NCBI GenBank assembly: GCA_963792585.1
Contig: CAWBWI010000003.1
Span: 480,001-544,000, forward strand
Direction: 5' to 3'
DNA: 64,000 nt
DNA from: Candidatus Eiseniibacteriota bacterium
GTDB lineage: Bacteria > Eisenbacteria > RBG-16-71-46 > CAIMUX01 > VGJL01
Positions 9,505 to 21,306 of this stretch are shown one piece after another; the stretch's first letter is position 1, and each line of letters begins with the position of its first letter. A model generated the notes under the pieces. It was not told where the DNA came from and made no database searches. It saw only the letters and a program-made list of their open reading frames with translations. The position numbers and the translations under genes were made by a program.

Positions 9505-10291
9505 CTAGCGATACATACCCTTGATGCGACCCCAGGTCGTCGGCTGGACCGGCGTCTCGCCGAGGGCCTCGAACTCGATGTTCCGCCACTCGGCGTTGAC
9601 CGTCCCACCGTTCGCGATGAAGACCTGCAGATGGGCGCCGGCGCGCGCATCGTTGAGGATGCCCCAGAGGCCGTAGGGAGGATCCTCGTTGGGGTTGCCC
9701 TCGTCGAACGCGAGCGGTCCGCTCGTGTAGGCGACGTTGTTGTAGACGAGCTTGTATTCGATCGTCGCGGGGTTGGTCTGCGTCAGGTCATTCGGGATGT
9801 AGATGATCTCGAGGTGAATCGGGTCGCCCTTCACGTAGTGAAGGCCATAGGTGCCGGTGAAGCTGTAGAAGGGGAGCCGGCCGCCGAAGCAGGCGATCTC
9901 ACCGTCGGTCGTGCGGACGTTGAACCGCCCGTCGACGTTCTGCGACCACCAGGGAGCGATCTGCAGACCGGACTCCGCCTCGCCCGTGCCGCTGACGACG
10001 AGATCGGCAGCGAAACGGAAGCCAGGAGTCGTTCGTGAACACAGCATCGTTCACGCCGTCCTCCGAGAAATGCCAGTTGTGGAGGTTGGCGTAGCCGTTC
10101 TCGCAGTTGATCTCATCCTGGATGGTGATGAATGCCGGATAGCTGTTGTTGGTCGCAAGAATCGACGTCGGGCAGTCGTTGAAAACGCGCTCGTGGATGA
10201 TCGCGCTGTTGACGTTGGGCGTGGCCAGCGCCGATGTAGCGATGAGGCCCAGGGCCATCACCGCGAATAGGCCGATGAACATTCGTCTCAT
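9505..10291 (-). CDS. Secreted hypothetical protein ending in TPVQPTTWGRIKGMYR; one frameshift near 10030
   Basis: Signal peptide MRRMFIGLFAVMALG...ALA (GGAGGA RBS) in ORF 9899-10402 joins ORF 9505-10047 at VFTND/GFRFAADL. Confidence 0.75.
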
Positions 10292-10485
10292 GGGTGCGAA
10301 TCCTCCTTCAATCAACAGAACACAGCGAAACTGACTTCTTCCAATTCGAGTCCAAGCCTTTCCGTGGCGGTATAAGTCTACAGGGTCCATCCATACGATC
10401 ACAAGTGCTGGATGCCCGATTCCGGCTGTGTCGGAAGCGCTCTATCGTCGAGCAGCGAATCCGGGAGCGGGCTGGCCACCTCCTT

Positions 10486-12084
10486 TCATCTGACGAGCAC
10501 GCACCGTTTCTGGACTGCTCGACCGTCGAACTGAAGTTTGGAGAAATATGCGCCGCTGGGCAGGGCCTCGGCGGCGAGTGTCACAAAGTGTTCCCCGGCG
10601 GACTGCCGGCCATCGACGAGGCGCGCGACCTCGCGTCCCGCTACATCCGCCAGAATGAGCGTGACGTGACCGGACTCCGGGATGCGGTAGGCGAGGGTCC
10701 CGCGTCCCCGGAATGGATTCGGCGTCAAGTCGAGCCGGAGTTCGTCGGCGGAGTCGAAGGAGCCGTTCTCCACGACGTCCGCTGCCAGCACGAAGCCGGC
10801 ATGCTGGAGACCGCGCTGGACGTCGGCATTCTGCATGAAGCGATTCCAGACCCGGCTGTTCAGGTGGTTCTCGATCATGATGATGATCGGGACCCTGGTC
10901 GATGCCCAGGTAGTCCGTGTCCCACCAGTTCGCCGTCAGGTTGAAGGCGTCCTTGAAGCCGTAGGGACCCCAGAGCTGCGCGCGATAGGTGTCGTACAGA
11001 TTGTGCAGCACCGGGAGCGCCTCTCGGGGGCGAAGGGGATCGAACTGGCGGCGCCGTCGGGGTGATCGTGCCGTTGTCGTTCTGCGCCGGCGGCGCGCCG
11101 TGCGCCAGGTAGCCCGGTACGGATCGTCGCAGGCCGTCAGACCCCAGAGGTTCGCCCCGTAGCCGGCGAAGCCGCCGGGATTGACGACGCAGTAGTCGCG
11201 CTGCGCGAGCGTCGCGCGACGCGAGTTCTCGAAGTAGGTGATGCCCTGAGTCTGCATGTAGGCGTCCCGGATGAAGCGGAAGTCGATCCAGCAGTGCGAG
11301 TACTGGTGCCCGAAGAGCGGCGGGAAGCTGACGTAGGTCTGCCCGTAGTAGGTCGAGCCAGTCGTAGCCGCTCGTCCAGGTCGACCAGGCATTGTCGGGC
11401 ACCGGGTGGGTCGGCGAGCCGAGGGCGAGGATGTAGAGGATCATCGCCTCGTTGTAGCCGATCCAGGTGCCGAAGCCGCCGAAGCCGGTGCCCGGCTTCC
11501 AGCCCATCAGGATTCCCTGGTCGCAGTTGCGCAAGAAGTCCCAGTCCGCGCGCTGGTAGAGCGAGTCGGCGAGCTGCGCGCACCTGGATGTCTCCCGGAT
11601 CCGATGTCGAGAAGTACTGCTTCGCGTCGAGGATGCCCGCGAACAGCAGCGCCGTGTCGATGGTCGAGAGCTCGCAGTCCCAGGTGCGCAGCGCCGGTGT
11701 TCATGTCCAGGAAGTGGTAGAAGAGGCCCTTGTAGCCGATGTACCCGCTGGCGCCGCTCCCCTGCGGTCCGGTCCAGAAGGTCTTGAGCGTCGTCAGGAC
11801 GCGGCTCGCGACCGACCGTGCGGCTCACCCAGCCGTGGTCGATGCCGATGCAGATCGCCGAGAGGCCGAAGCCCGGTCGCGGCGATGCTGCACGGCGACC
11901 CCGAGCGTGCTGCGGTCCTTGATCAGGCCGTTGGCCGGGTTCGCCTCGCTCCAGAAGTAGTCGAAGGCGGTGTGCTGGAGCGATGTCGAGCAGCGCCTCG
12001 GTCGTGAGCGCCTGCGCGCTCGGGAGCAGCGCCGCCGAGATCAGCCGCCAGCAGCAAGTGCGCCAGCATGATGCGCGCAGTCAT
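10486..12084 (-). CDS. GH144 (glucoamylase-like, endo-beta-1,2-glucanase family) secreted enzyme with a C-terminal T9SS-type domain; multiple frameshifts
   Basis: Fragments across frames: LFYHFL, ELSTIDT, GYNEAMILYILALGSPTHPV, FPPLFGHQYSHCWIDFR, YFENSRRAT, WGLTACD, YGFKDAFN, DYLGIDQGP, then a PNPF...LPSGAYF CTD. Confidence 0.85.
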
Positions 12085-12123
12085 GTCTCTGCCTCGGTGT
12101 GCGTCCATGATGCGCCGCCGGCT

Positions 12124-13142
12124 CTAGAGCCCGAGAACGAACGTCATGCGGTGCGTCTCCTCGAGCCGGCCGTGGTCGGCCCAGGCGTAGTCGAAGCGGA
12201 ATCGGTATCGCGGCGTACTTCGCCCCGAAGTCCGACGCCGAGCGTCAGGCCCAGCTCCGAGTCGGTCTGGAACAGGTTCTGGTATCCGGCGCGGAGGCCA
12301 GGGCGTCCTTCCAGGTCCACTCCCCGCCGAGGTTCATGCTCTCGGTGTTGTCGTTCGGGTGACAGCGCGTCCGCCGCCAGCAGGAGCCGGTTCGCCTGGC
12401 TCATCCGGTACGGATAGCTGAGCCCGACGCGGAACAGGACCGGCACCGGGAACTCGTCGGTGTACTGCTCGCCCGGCAGCGCGCTGTTGTCGCCGTAGCT
12501 CCGTCGGGTCGTTGTCGTACTGGATCGCGAGGTCGCGGCCGCCGAAGCGGGCTCTCGTGCCGAAGTTCGAGAGGCTGACGCCGAGCTGCGCGCCGCTGGT
12601 CGGACAGCCGGTAGACCGTGCCGACGTTGAAGGTGAACGTCGTGAGGGAGCTGTGCCAGATCGTCTCGTCGACGTAGTTGACCTGAAGCCCGGCCGCGAA
12701 GCGGTCGGTGATCGGCCGCCCGTAGCCCAGGCCGATCGCCAGGTCGCGAACGCTGTAGCGCTCGCCGGTGCCCAGCGGCTTCTCCACCGTGCGCACGTCG
12801 ATGTCGCCCGAGTTCAGCGCGGTCACGCTGGCGAAGAAGTTGCCCGTAGGCGCCCGCGGGGAAGGCGACCGCCGCGTAGTCGTAGCCGATGTCCGCGAAC
12901 CAGTCGCTGTGCGTGAACTGAAGCGGGCGACCGTCGAGCTGCCCGATCGACGCCGGGTTGTAGTAGACCGACTCGATCCCCTCCGGCGAGCGCCACGCCG
13001 GCGTTGCCCATCGCCGGCGAGCCGCGCGCTCGGCTCGATCAGCAGGAACTGCCCGATCGTCGTGCCCGTCTTGCTCTGCCCGACGCCGCACCTGGCGGCG
13101 AGGACCGTCAGGACGGCGAGCAACAGGATTGCCTTGCCTCAT
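12124..13142 (-). CDS. PorV/PorQ-like outer-membrane beta-barrel; frameshifted
   Basis: SKTGTTIGQFLLIEPSAR, MGNAGVA, SVYYNPASI, LRAGYQNLF, DYAWADHGRLEETHRMTF pieces; stop at 12124-12126. Confidence 0.8.
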
Positions 13143-13157
13143 TTCGATCCTCCGCGC

Positions 13158-16100
13158 TCACTTGATGATCGCGAACTTGCCGATGCTGCTCGCCGTACTT
13201 CGCCGCCGTCGACGTGGAAGACGTAGAGGCCCGGCGCGACATCGAGGTTGTCCTTCGTGCGCAGGTTCCACGCCACGAAGCCGTCGTTGCGAGCCGTCGT
13301 GCTGCAGCGTCTGCGACGAGATCGCCGTGCACGGTGTAGATCCGGATCGTGCAACTGCTGCGGCAGGCCGCGGAACTCGATGCGCCGCTCGCCGCGCCCG
13401 GAGACCGCGAAGCGCTCCGGCTCGAAGCTCGCCGAGCCCACGTACGGATTGGGCACGACGTACGGCTTGAGCGGCGTCTCGGATCGCGCCTGCTCGTCGT
13501 CGATGCGCTGCGCCCGCGTCCGGAAGACGAAAGCATCGTCGGCGCCGAAGGGGCGCGTCAGTCTCAAGTCGATAGACGTCGCCCGCGCCGGCGGATGCGG
13601 GGCAGCGCCGCCCGTGCCGAGGGTGTCGAGCTGCACGCGCCAGGTCGACTTCGGGACCGGCCGGCTCGCCCGGCAGGTAGGTGACGATGTCGAAGCACTC
13701 GTCGGGTCGGCTCAGCGTCCCGTCGGCGTCGAGGTCGCGGAAGCGGAAGTCGAGCTGACGGTCGCCGGTCTCGCGTGTCGGCGAAGACCTGGAACTTGGC
13801 CGGCCGCGGGTCGATCGGACAGAGCTCGATGACCGGTGTCCACGACGGCGTCCGAGAAGACGATCTGACAGTCGTCGCGGAAAGCCGAGCCGGCGCAGGT
13901 TGATCGGAAGCGCGTTCTGATAGGCGACCTTCAGGTGCGCGTTCGTCGGGCTGCCCGGCTCGAAGCCGCGCAAGTCCTTGTCGATCGACAGGGTCTTCGC
14001 GCGTCTGGACGATCGGCAGCAGGCCGCCGCCGACCGGGCCGATGCCCGCCGCCGTCGAAGTCGCGGCCGGTCTTGAACAACACGGTCGCCCGTGGTGCTG
14101 TCGGTGAGCGCGTAGGTCGTGGCGCGGATGCTGTCGGGGGACGGCTCGCGAAGCTCGAGCTTGAAGACGTGGTCGTCGGGCACCAGGTTCGAGTTGACGA
14201 CCTCGCACGCGCGACCGTGCCGACTCCCTCGCCCGACAGACGCGTCACGCTGTCCGTTCGCGCGGCGGCGAAACCCAGCCACCGGGGGTTCCGGGCGCAC
14301 GGCCGACGACGTTGGTCGGCAGGACCACCCCGCCGCGCGGCGTGCGCGAGACGGTGATCGCGTTCTCGGAGGGATAGAACTCGAGCGAGTCGGAGCCGAA
14401 GTCGTACGCGCACACGGCGTAGTAGTACTGCTGCCCGTTGGTCGACGGTCGTAGTCGGTCCAGGTGTGCGGATCCCGCTGTCCTTGCCCAGGTAGTAGGC
14501 GACGCCCTCGACCGTCTGCGCCGAGAAGCCGCTCCTTGCCGTCGACGAGGTCGAACTGCGCGATCGGCTTGCCGTTGCCGATCGGGCCCGATGCCGGTGC
14601 CGGTGATGATGACCTGCGGGTCGCGGAACTCGGGGTCGGTGGAGCGATAGATGCGGTAGCCCTCGAAGTCGTTCTCGCTCGGTCACCGGGTCGACGCCGC
14701 GCTCGGCGACGTCGTCCCACGAGAGGCGCACGTAGCCGTCGCCGGCCTCGGCCGTCACCGTCGGCAGCGGCGGCGGCACGGCGAACTGGTAGTTCGCGTT
14801 GTAGATCTGCTGCACGGTCCGCACGGTGCGCGCGCAGCTCGTCCAGGTCGCGCCGTAGGCCAGGGCCAGGCTGAAGCGCTCGGTCTGCCCGGCCGCCAGC
14901 TGGAACGGGCCCGAGGCGAACAGGAAGCCGATGTTGTAGTTCGCCGCCAGCGGCGGGTCGAAGCGCGCCGTCGGGATTCGGGTCGGTGAACTGCTCGTAC
15001 AGGCGCTGCGGCCAGTTGTTGCGCGATCGGTGAAGAAGACGATGTCGTCGACGTCCTGATTCGGGTTGCCCTGGCCCGGCGCTGATGCGGTTCATCTTGA
15101 AGCCGGTCAGGCCGATCTGGTCCGACTCGTTCAGGTCGGTGCGGTCGAAGTTCGGCTCGCCGGCGGTCGGCATGCCGTCGCCCTCGCCGGCGTCGCCGGT
15201 GTCGGCCACGCCGTCGGCGCCCGCGTCGTGGAGCTCCGCGGTCCAGTCCATGTCCTCGTCGCCGGTCCACCAGCGCGCCGGCGCGGTAGGCCGGGCGCTT
15301 CTCGAGCGGGCCGTACGTCGGCCTCGAACTGCGCGCATGTCGTAGTGCGGCGGTCACGTAGGCGCGGATCTCGTCCTGGCCCGTCGATCAGCGTCGCCCG
15401 GCCCGCCGTCGCGCTTCTCGTCGGTGATGCCGTCCTCGTCGTTGTCGATGCCGTCGGTGGAGTTGCCCGGCGTCTCGAGGTAGGCGTAGCCGAGGTAGCC
15501 GGTCGTGCCGCAGTTGCCCGAGAGATCGCGGCCGTGCCCGTCGCTTGTCCCAGGTGTAGACCAGGTTGATCACGTTCTGGTCGAACGTCCGGTCGAAGTA
15601 GGCGTTGTCGTCGTCCGACTCGTAGATGCCGTCGCAGGACAGCGCCGAGCCGCCGACGCCCGAGTCCATGTAGAGGCCGAAGATGATGTTGTCGTCGTAG
15701 TCGGTCGTGCTCTCGTTGGTGATGTCGTAGTGCCAGAAGATCACGTTGCGCGGCCTGCGGGTTCGCCCACTGGAAGCCGCGCACCTCGATGCGCAGGCCC
15801 AGCCCGCGGCGCGTGGAGTCGCGGCTGTCCGGGATCGAAGTCCCAGGCGTCGTAGTAGTCGTCGTCCATGACCATGAAGCTCTCCTGGTCGGCCGACGGC
15901 CCGCTTGCCGAAGTAGCCGTTCCAGCTGCCCGCCCAGCCCGGATCGTCGGGGTCGTCGAGCTGGTCGGGCCAGAAGTCGGGCCAGGTGCGCGGGTCGTTG
16001 CTGATGGCCGGGCGAGCGGCCGGGGTTGAGCGCCGGGTCGGCCTGGAAGTAGCCCGGGCCGCGGCTCGAAGCGCATGATCGCGGTTGTAGTACGGGCTGA

Positions 16101-16468
16101 TCGCCCTGCCGCTCGCGGAAGCCGGTCTCCATGATGTACGCGTCGACGCCGTTCGCCTGCGTGATCTTCGCGAGCACGAACGGCGTGATGCCGTCGCTGT
16201 AGTTCATGCCGCTGCCCTTGGGCACCTCGACCGAGTGGAAGACGCTCAGGTCGACGTTGCCCGGGTCCGGCGGGTAGTCGCCCACCATGCCGTAGTTCCA
16301 GAAGACGGTGCGGATGTTGGCCGCGTCGTGCAAGCCCGAGCGCTCGGCGTCGAGCTGCCCCGCTGATCCGGCGGGACGCGGCGTTGGCACGTCCTGCGCG
16401 TGCGTGGTCGCGGCCGCACGCACGGCGGCCACGAACGCCACGCAGAGGCCGATCCGGCCGATCGTCAT
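13158..16468 (-). CDS. Large (~1,100 aa) secreted protein with acidic Ca-binding-like repeats and an atypical T9SS-like CTD; frameshifted
   Basis: Signal MTIGRIGLCVAFV...AHA; HDAANIRTVFWNYG; DGIDNDEDGITDE; DGVADTGDAGEGDG; tail YVVPNPY...IEFRGLP...IRIYT...WNLRTKDNLDVAPGLYVFHV...GKFAIIK. Confidence 0.75.
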
Positions 16469-16533
16469 GCCGCGTCCCGTCCGCAGATCCCGCCGGCGCG
16501 CGAAACGACTCGACCATCTGGATCCTCCTTGCC

Positions 16534-19167
16534 CTAGAGCTCCGAGCCCAGGCGGAACCCGATCTCGATCCGCCGCGGCGGGTAGAACCGGGTCGGGTCT
16601 GGCGAGCGCCACGGCGTCCGTCGGCCGGGAAGCGCGAGTAGTAGGGGCTGCCGGTGCTGCCGAACACCGCGCCGTTGAAGTAGCGGGTGTCGAACAGGTT
16701 GAAGACCCGCCCGAAGAGACTCATGTCGAGACCCATCGAACGTCAGGAGCTTCTCGGCCCGCAGGTCCACGACCATCGCCGGTCGGCTTGCGCCCGGAGT
16801 TCGTCTCCAGCCCGCCGCCGAAGCCGGAGTCGAGCGGCCGGCGTGTACGGCTGGCCGCTGGCCACGCGCAAGATCAGCGCTGGCCGTGTAGTCGCTCGGC
16901 GTCGGCCAGAGACGGTCAGGTTGAGCGTGTGGCGCTGGTCCCAGTTGAACGGAATCAGGCGCGGCCGCGGATCCTCGCCGGCCTCGGCGCGCGTGGCCGT
17001 CTCGCGCGGGTCGCTCGAGTTGCCCTGCGCCTGCTGCCAGGTGTAGTCGAGCGACGGTGCTGACCGGACCGCAGTCTGCCGGTGGTCGAGCGCCAGGGTG
17101 AAGCCGATCACGTTGCCGAAGTCGACGTTGGTGAGCCGCGCGTACTCGGCGTCGTTGTAGGTCGCGATGAACTCGACGCCGAGCAGGTCGCGGATGTCCT
17201 TGTAGAAGACGGTGAGGTCGACGCCGAGGTCCTCGCGTGAGCGCCTGCTTGTAGCCGAACTCGTACTGGACGGTCTTCTCCGGCTTCACGTCGGGATTGC
17301 CCATGACGCCGAAGCGGCTATCCGCGCTCGCCTGCAGGCGAGCTCAGGATCGAGTAGTTCGCATTCGTGAAGATGTCCCCGAGTCCGGGGAACTGATAGA
17401 AGTGACCGTACGCGAAGTGGATCGCCGGCCCGGTCCGCGATCGGATAGGCGACGCCGAGCCGCGGCGCGAAAGAGACCTTCTTGGAAGTCGTGCGGAGGT
17501 GGGACTCCGGGGCGCCGCCGATCGCTGTTGGCCGGGTTCGCGAGGTCGCTCGGGACCCGGGCGCGGGCGTCGAAGTACTCCACCCGGGCTCCCAGCGCGG
17601 ACGGTGAGGTCGCTCCACTCGATCTGGTCCTGTGCATAGGCGGCGGCCATGATCGGCTCGTAGGTCTGCACGCCCGGGAAGTCGGGCGGTTCATTCATGT
17701 GGCGGACCAGGGATCCGGTCGTGTAGTCGAGGTAGCCCGGAACGCCGAAGGTGATCCTCGGGAACTGCACCTCGCCCCCGACCTTGAGGAGGTGGTGCGT
17801 GTTCGCCTGCGTGGAGAGGGCGCCCTTGACGACCAGCGCGTTGGTCTTCTGCTCGAAGCGGCCGAGGTCCACCCCTTGGATGTAGACCCCCTGCCGGAGC
17901 CAATCCTGCAGCGGCGGGCCGGCCTCGTCGTAGCGGGCGTCGTAGAAGTCGTCGTAGACCATGTCGGTGTACCTGAAGTAGTTCTGCCGGACGCTGAGGT
18001 TGTAGAACGTCCTGTCGCTCAACGTGTGTGTGACAGTCGATTCCGTGGGTGATCGACCAGGTGTTCTGCTGGGTCAGGCCGTCCGGGTTCTCGGAATATG
18101 CGTAGGTGCTCCGGCGCCCCTCGACATCGTTGACGATGGCCTGATAGCTCAGGCTCACGTTCGGAATCGAGCGGTTCGTGATCTTCGCGACGCCCGACCA
18201 CTGCGCGGTCCTGCCCGAGCGGCTCACGCTTTCCGTCGCCGGTGGGGTAGTGGACGCCGTGCTCGAAGTCCGCCGAATCGGTCGGCGTGTAGGTGCGCGT
18301 GGCGATCACGTGGTCGTCCTTGACGCGCCGCTGCCCGCTCAAGAGGAAGTTGGTCTTGGCGAACGGCGTGGGACCGCTGACGTTCAACTGGTAGTTCTGG
18401 ATCCTGCCGGGTTGCACGCGATCATCGATGAGCCGACTGCTCTTGCCGGGGAAGAAGAAGCCTCCGGAGGTGATCTCGGCGCCCCACTCGAACGTATCGG
18501 TGCCATCCTTGAGGACCGCGTTGACGACGCCGCTCATCGCCTGGCCGTACTCGGCGTCGAACGTGCCGCTGATGACCTGCACTTCCTGCAGGAGCGATCG
18601 ATCCAGACGGAGACTGGACTTGTTGTCGTAGGCGTTGTTCACGCTGACGCCGTCGACCTGGTACTGCACCTCGCCGAGGCGGCCGCCGCGGAAGTGGCCG
18701 TCGACGACGCCCGCCTGCAGGTTGACGACGTCCTGGAGCTCCTGGACCGGAAGGGAGGCCATCATCTTGTTGCTGATCGTCGAACGGCTGCTCGTCAGGT
18801 TCACGTCGACGAGGGGGCGCTCGGCCTTGATCTCGATCTGCTCCATCGCCACGGCGGTCTCCTCGACCGATATGTCCTGGCGGGTCGTGTTGTCGGCGGA
18901 GACCTGAACGCCGGTGATCAGGAGGGGTTTGTAGGCGACATGGCTGATCTTGAGGTCGTACGTCCCCGGTGGGACGTTGAGGATGTTGTATGCGCCCTGA
19001 AGGTCCGTGAAGGCCCCGAGCTTCGTGCCGACCACCATGACCGTGACGCCCGGGACCGGCTTCTGACTCCTGTCCACCGCAGAGCCCGTGATCTTTCCCG
19101 TCGTCCCCGCCAGCACGCCGCCGGGGAACAGGAATAGCAGAAGCCACGGGACGATCCATGTCCTCAT
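16534..19167 (-). CDS. TonB-dependent receptor with an N-terminal carboxypeptidase-regulatory-like domain; frameshifted
   Basis: GTTGKITG...GAFTD..G.Y.ILNVPPGTY, plug HFRGGR...YQVDG...SGTFDAEYGQAMSGVVN, barrel MGNPDVKPEKTVQYEFG, end PPRRIEIGFRLG. Confidence 0.9.
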
Positions 19168-19242
19168 GTGCGCCCGCCGGACATCGCGTCGCTTCAAGTT
19201 CGCGTCTCCTTCATCCACACCCGGTAATCCGACTGGCCCGGC

Positions 19243-19270
19243 GGGGCGGCCATGCAAATGGAACCGCCCC
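19243..19270. promoter_or_regulatory. Intergenic stem-loop between the CBM9-like gene and the TonB receptor
   Basis: ggggcgg-ccat-gcaa-atgg-aa-ccgcccc inverted repeat. Confidence 0.4.
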
Positions 19271-19294
19271 ACCCGGGTTCGTTTTCCTCACTCG

Positions 19295-21181
19295 CTACTT
19301 CAGCAGGACCATCCTCCCGAATGGGCCGGAGCGCTCCGCGCCCGTCCGGGGATCGATGATGCCGAGGCGGTAGAGATAGATGCCGGCCGCCCAGTTCGTT
19401 CCATCGAACGAAGCGGTGTGCTCGCCCGCCGGCCTCAGGCCGATCTCTTCTTTTGCCACCAAGCGCCCCTGCACGTCGAAGATCTCCAGGTGGACATCGC
19501 TCGCCTGTGCGAGGGAGTACCGAATGGACGTGGACCCCTCGAAGGGGTTCGGATGCGCGTCACCGACCAGCAGAGGCTTCACGGACGGTTCGGCCACGTC
19601 CGCTACGAACAGGTTCGGATCGAGGTACACCCAGGCGGGGCAGCAGTAGCCCTCGTGCTCGCGGAACCACCAGGTCTTCGTGCCGTAGCTGTCGCTTGGA
19701 GGATCGAAGGAGTCGCCGTCCAGCAGGTCGACTCCAAGGAACATGGACCCGTCGCCCAGGTTCACCGGATATCCGAGTCTGGTCAGATCGACGGTCATCT
19801 CCGCCTGGTACCCGACATCGGGAGAGGTTCCCAAGGTGTCGACGGTCGTCCCGGGCTTGAGGTAGAGGGCGACCTGCGCCCCGCCCTCCTGCACGAGGGT
19901 CGCGAGGTAGTCTTGAGGAAGCGCCGTCCCGTCCTGGTTGACCTGGAACGTGAGCCGGCGCCCCAGCAGGACATGATCGGGGCTCCGCTGGACCACATCG
20001 TTGAGGCTTACGATGAAGCCGTCCCACCGGTCCACGTTCGCGTGGTACTGCACCACCTCGTCCCGAACGTCGAAGCCCATGTAGAGGGTGTTGCCCTTGA
20101 AGAACATCTTCACCGTGGCGTTACCCGGATCGAGCACCGCCGCCAGGCCGCCGTTGACGGTCGGCTGGTACTGCCCCGCGCGCCACGGACCGACGCCGGG
20201 ATAGGTTTGCCGCAGGGCGGCGTCCCCGAAGCGGATATCGAAGCCGCGGATGCGCGACCAGATCTGGTCGTCCAGGCGCCCGTTGATGACCGGTGTGGTC
20301 TCGTTCGCGCCGTTCGGGATCCGGACTTCGGGGCCGATGACCGGAAGTTGATTGTAGAGACCCACGCTCGGCTTCGCGAAGACGTGGACCTCGTCGTACC
20401 ACATCGCGTTGCCCCAGGGGCTCTGCCACCACACGCGGTTGGAGCTCATGCTGGCCTGGAAGGGCCAGAACCAGTCGCAGTCGTAGATCGAGATGTTCCA
20501 CTCGATGATGTCGCCGTCCGTCTTGGTGACGTCGTAGCCCATCGGCGTGAGGTTGAAGCGCATCTCGACCGTGTAGCCGGTGTCGGGAACGCCGTCGTTG
20601 TTCGACTGGCCGTGGACGACGGTCACCGCGTCCCACGCGTCGATCTGTTCCGGCGTCCGCGGGGTACCCGGAGGCCACGTCGCCCAGCGCCCGACGAAGG
20701 CGGGAGACTGTCCGGGCGGCTGAGGATCGTCCAACGTCGGATACCACCAAAGGTAGACGTACTCCGAAGGCGGCTTCGGGGCGTACGCATCCGCGTGGTC
20801 CTTGAGCGCCATGATGAATCCATCGAATCGATTGAAGTCTTTCGAGCCTCCGACCGACTTGTCCCGGACCACGGCGCCGAGGTACATCTGGTTGCCGTGG
20901 ACCAGGAGTTTCAATGTCGCATAGGTCGAGTCGGATGGGTTCGCCCCCGCCTCGCCCTTCCACCCGCTGCCGGGGATCCCCGCATCGAGGGGGTAGCGGA
21001 CGATCATCGACTCGGCAAACGCCCAGGCAGGCTCGGACAGGATCCCATTCAAGGTGATCGTGCCCCCATCGGTCGCGTTTCGGGCCCAGATGGTATCCTT
21101 CCGCGGCGCCTCGCCGAGCGCCGGCGAAACGGCACCAATCGCCAATCCGACCAGCACGACGGTCAACAATCCTGCTCTCAT
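19295..21181 (-). CDS. Secreted protein with tandem CBM9/DOMON-like domains and a C-terminal T9SS/FlgD-type domain
   Basis: Signal peptide; two ITLNG.L.E..W / PVINGRLDDQIW...LY.G..VRD units; HPNPFEGSTSIRYSL...AAGIYLY tail. Confidence 0.75.
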   Translation of the reverse strand: MRAGLLTVVLVGLAIGAVSPALGEAPRKDTIWARNATDGGTITLNGILSEPAWAFAESMIVRYPLDAGIPGSGWKGEAGANPSDSTYATLKLLVHGNQMYLGAVVRDKSVGGSKDFNRFDGFIMALKDHADAYAPKPPSEYVYLWWYPTLDDPQPPGQSPAFVGRWATWPPGTPRTPEQIDAWDAVTVVHGQSNNDGVPDTGYTVEMRFNLTPMGYDVTKTDGDIIEWNISIYDCDWFWPFQASMSSNRVWWQSPWGNAMWYDEVHVFAKPSVGLYNQLPVIGPEVRIPNGANETTPVINGRLDDQIWSRIRGFDIRFGDAALRQTYPGVGPWRAGQYQPTVNGGLAAVLDPGNATVKMFFKGNTLYMGFDVRDEVVQYHANVDRWDGFIVSLNDVVQRSPDHVLLGRRLTFQVNQDGTALPQDYLATLVQEGGAQVALYLKPGTTVDTLGTSPDVGYQAEMTVDLTRLGYPVNLGDGSMFLGVDLLDGDSFDPPSDSYGTKTWWFREHEGYCCPAWVYLDPNLFVADVAEPSVKPLLVGDAHPNPFEGSTSIRYSLAQASDVHLEIFDVQGRLVAKEEIGLRPAGEHTASFDGTNWAAGIYLYRLGIIDPRTGAERSGPFGRMVLLK

Positions 21182-21306
21182 GGTGGGCTCCTCCTACAGG
21201 CTCGTAGATCTATACGAGGCTGCGGTCCGAGCCGGGCATCCGCTCCGGCTCCTCCGTTGCGGTGATTTCATCCACGGTTGATCGGTATCCATGACTCTCA
21301 TCCACG

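Noticed and set aside
10486..18250. Programmed frameshifting or phase variation
   Set aside because: Too many breaks per gene and no consistent slippery sequence or repeat tract
19088..21265. Long antisense ORFs (725 aa here; also 40447-42582, 49776-51608, 58094-60067, 2420-3772)
   Set aside because: Shadow frames of real genes in GC-rich DNA; Arg/Pro-rich with no motifs
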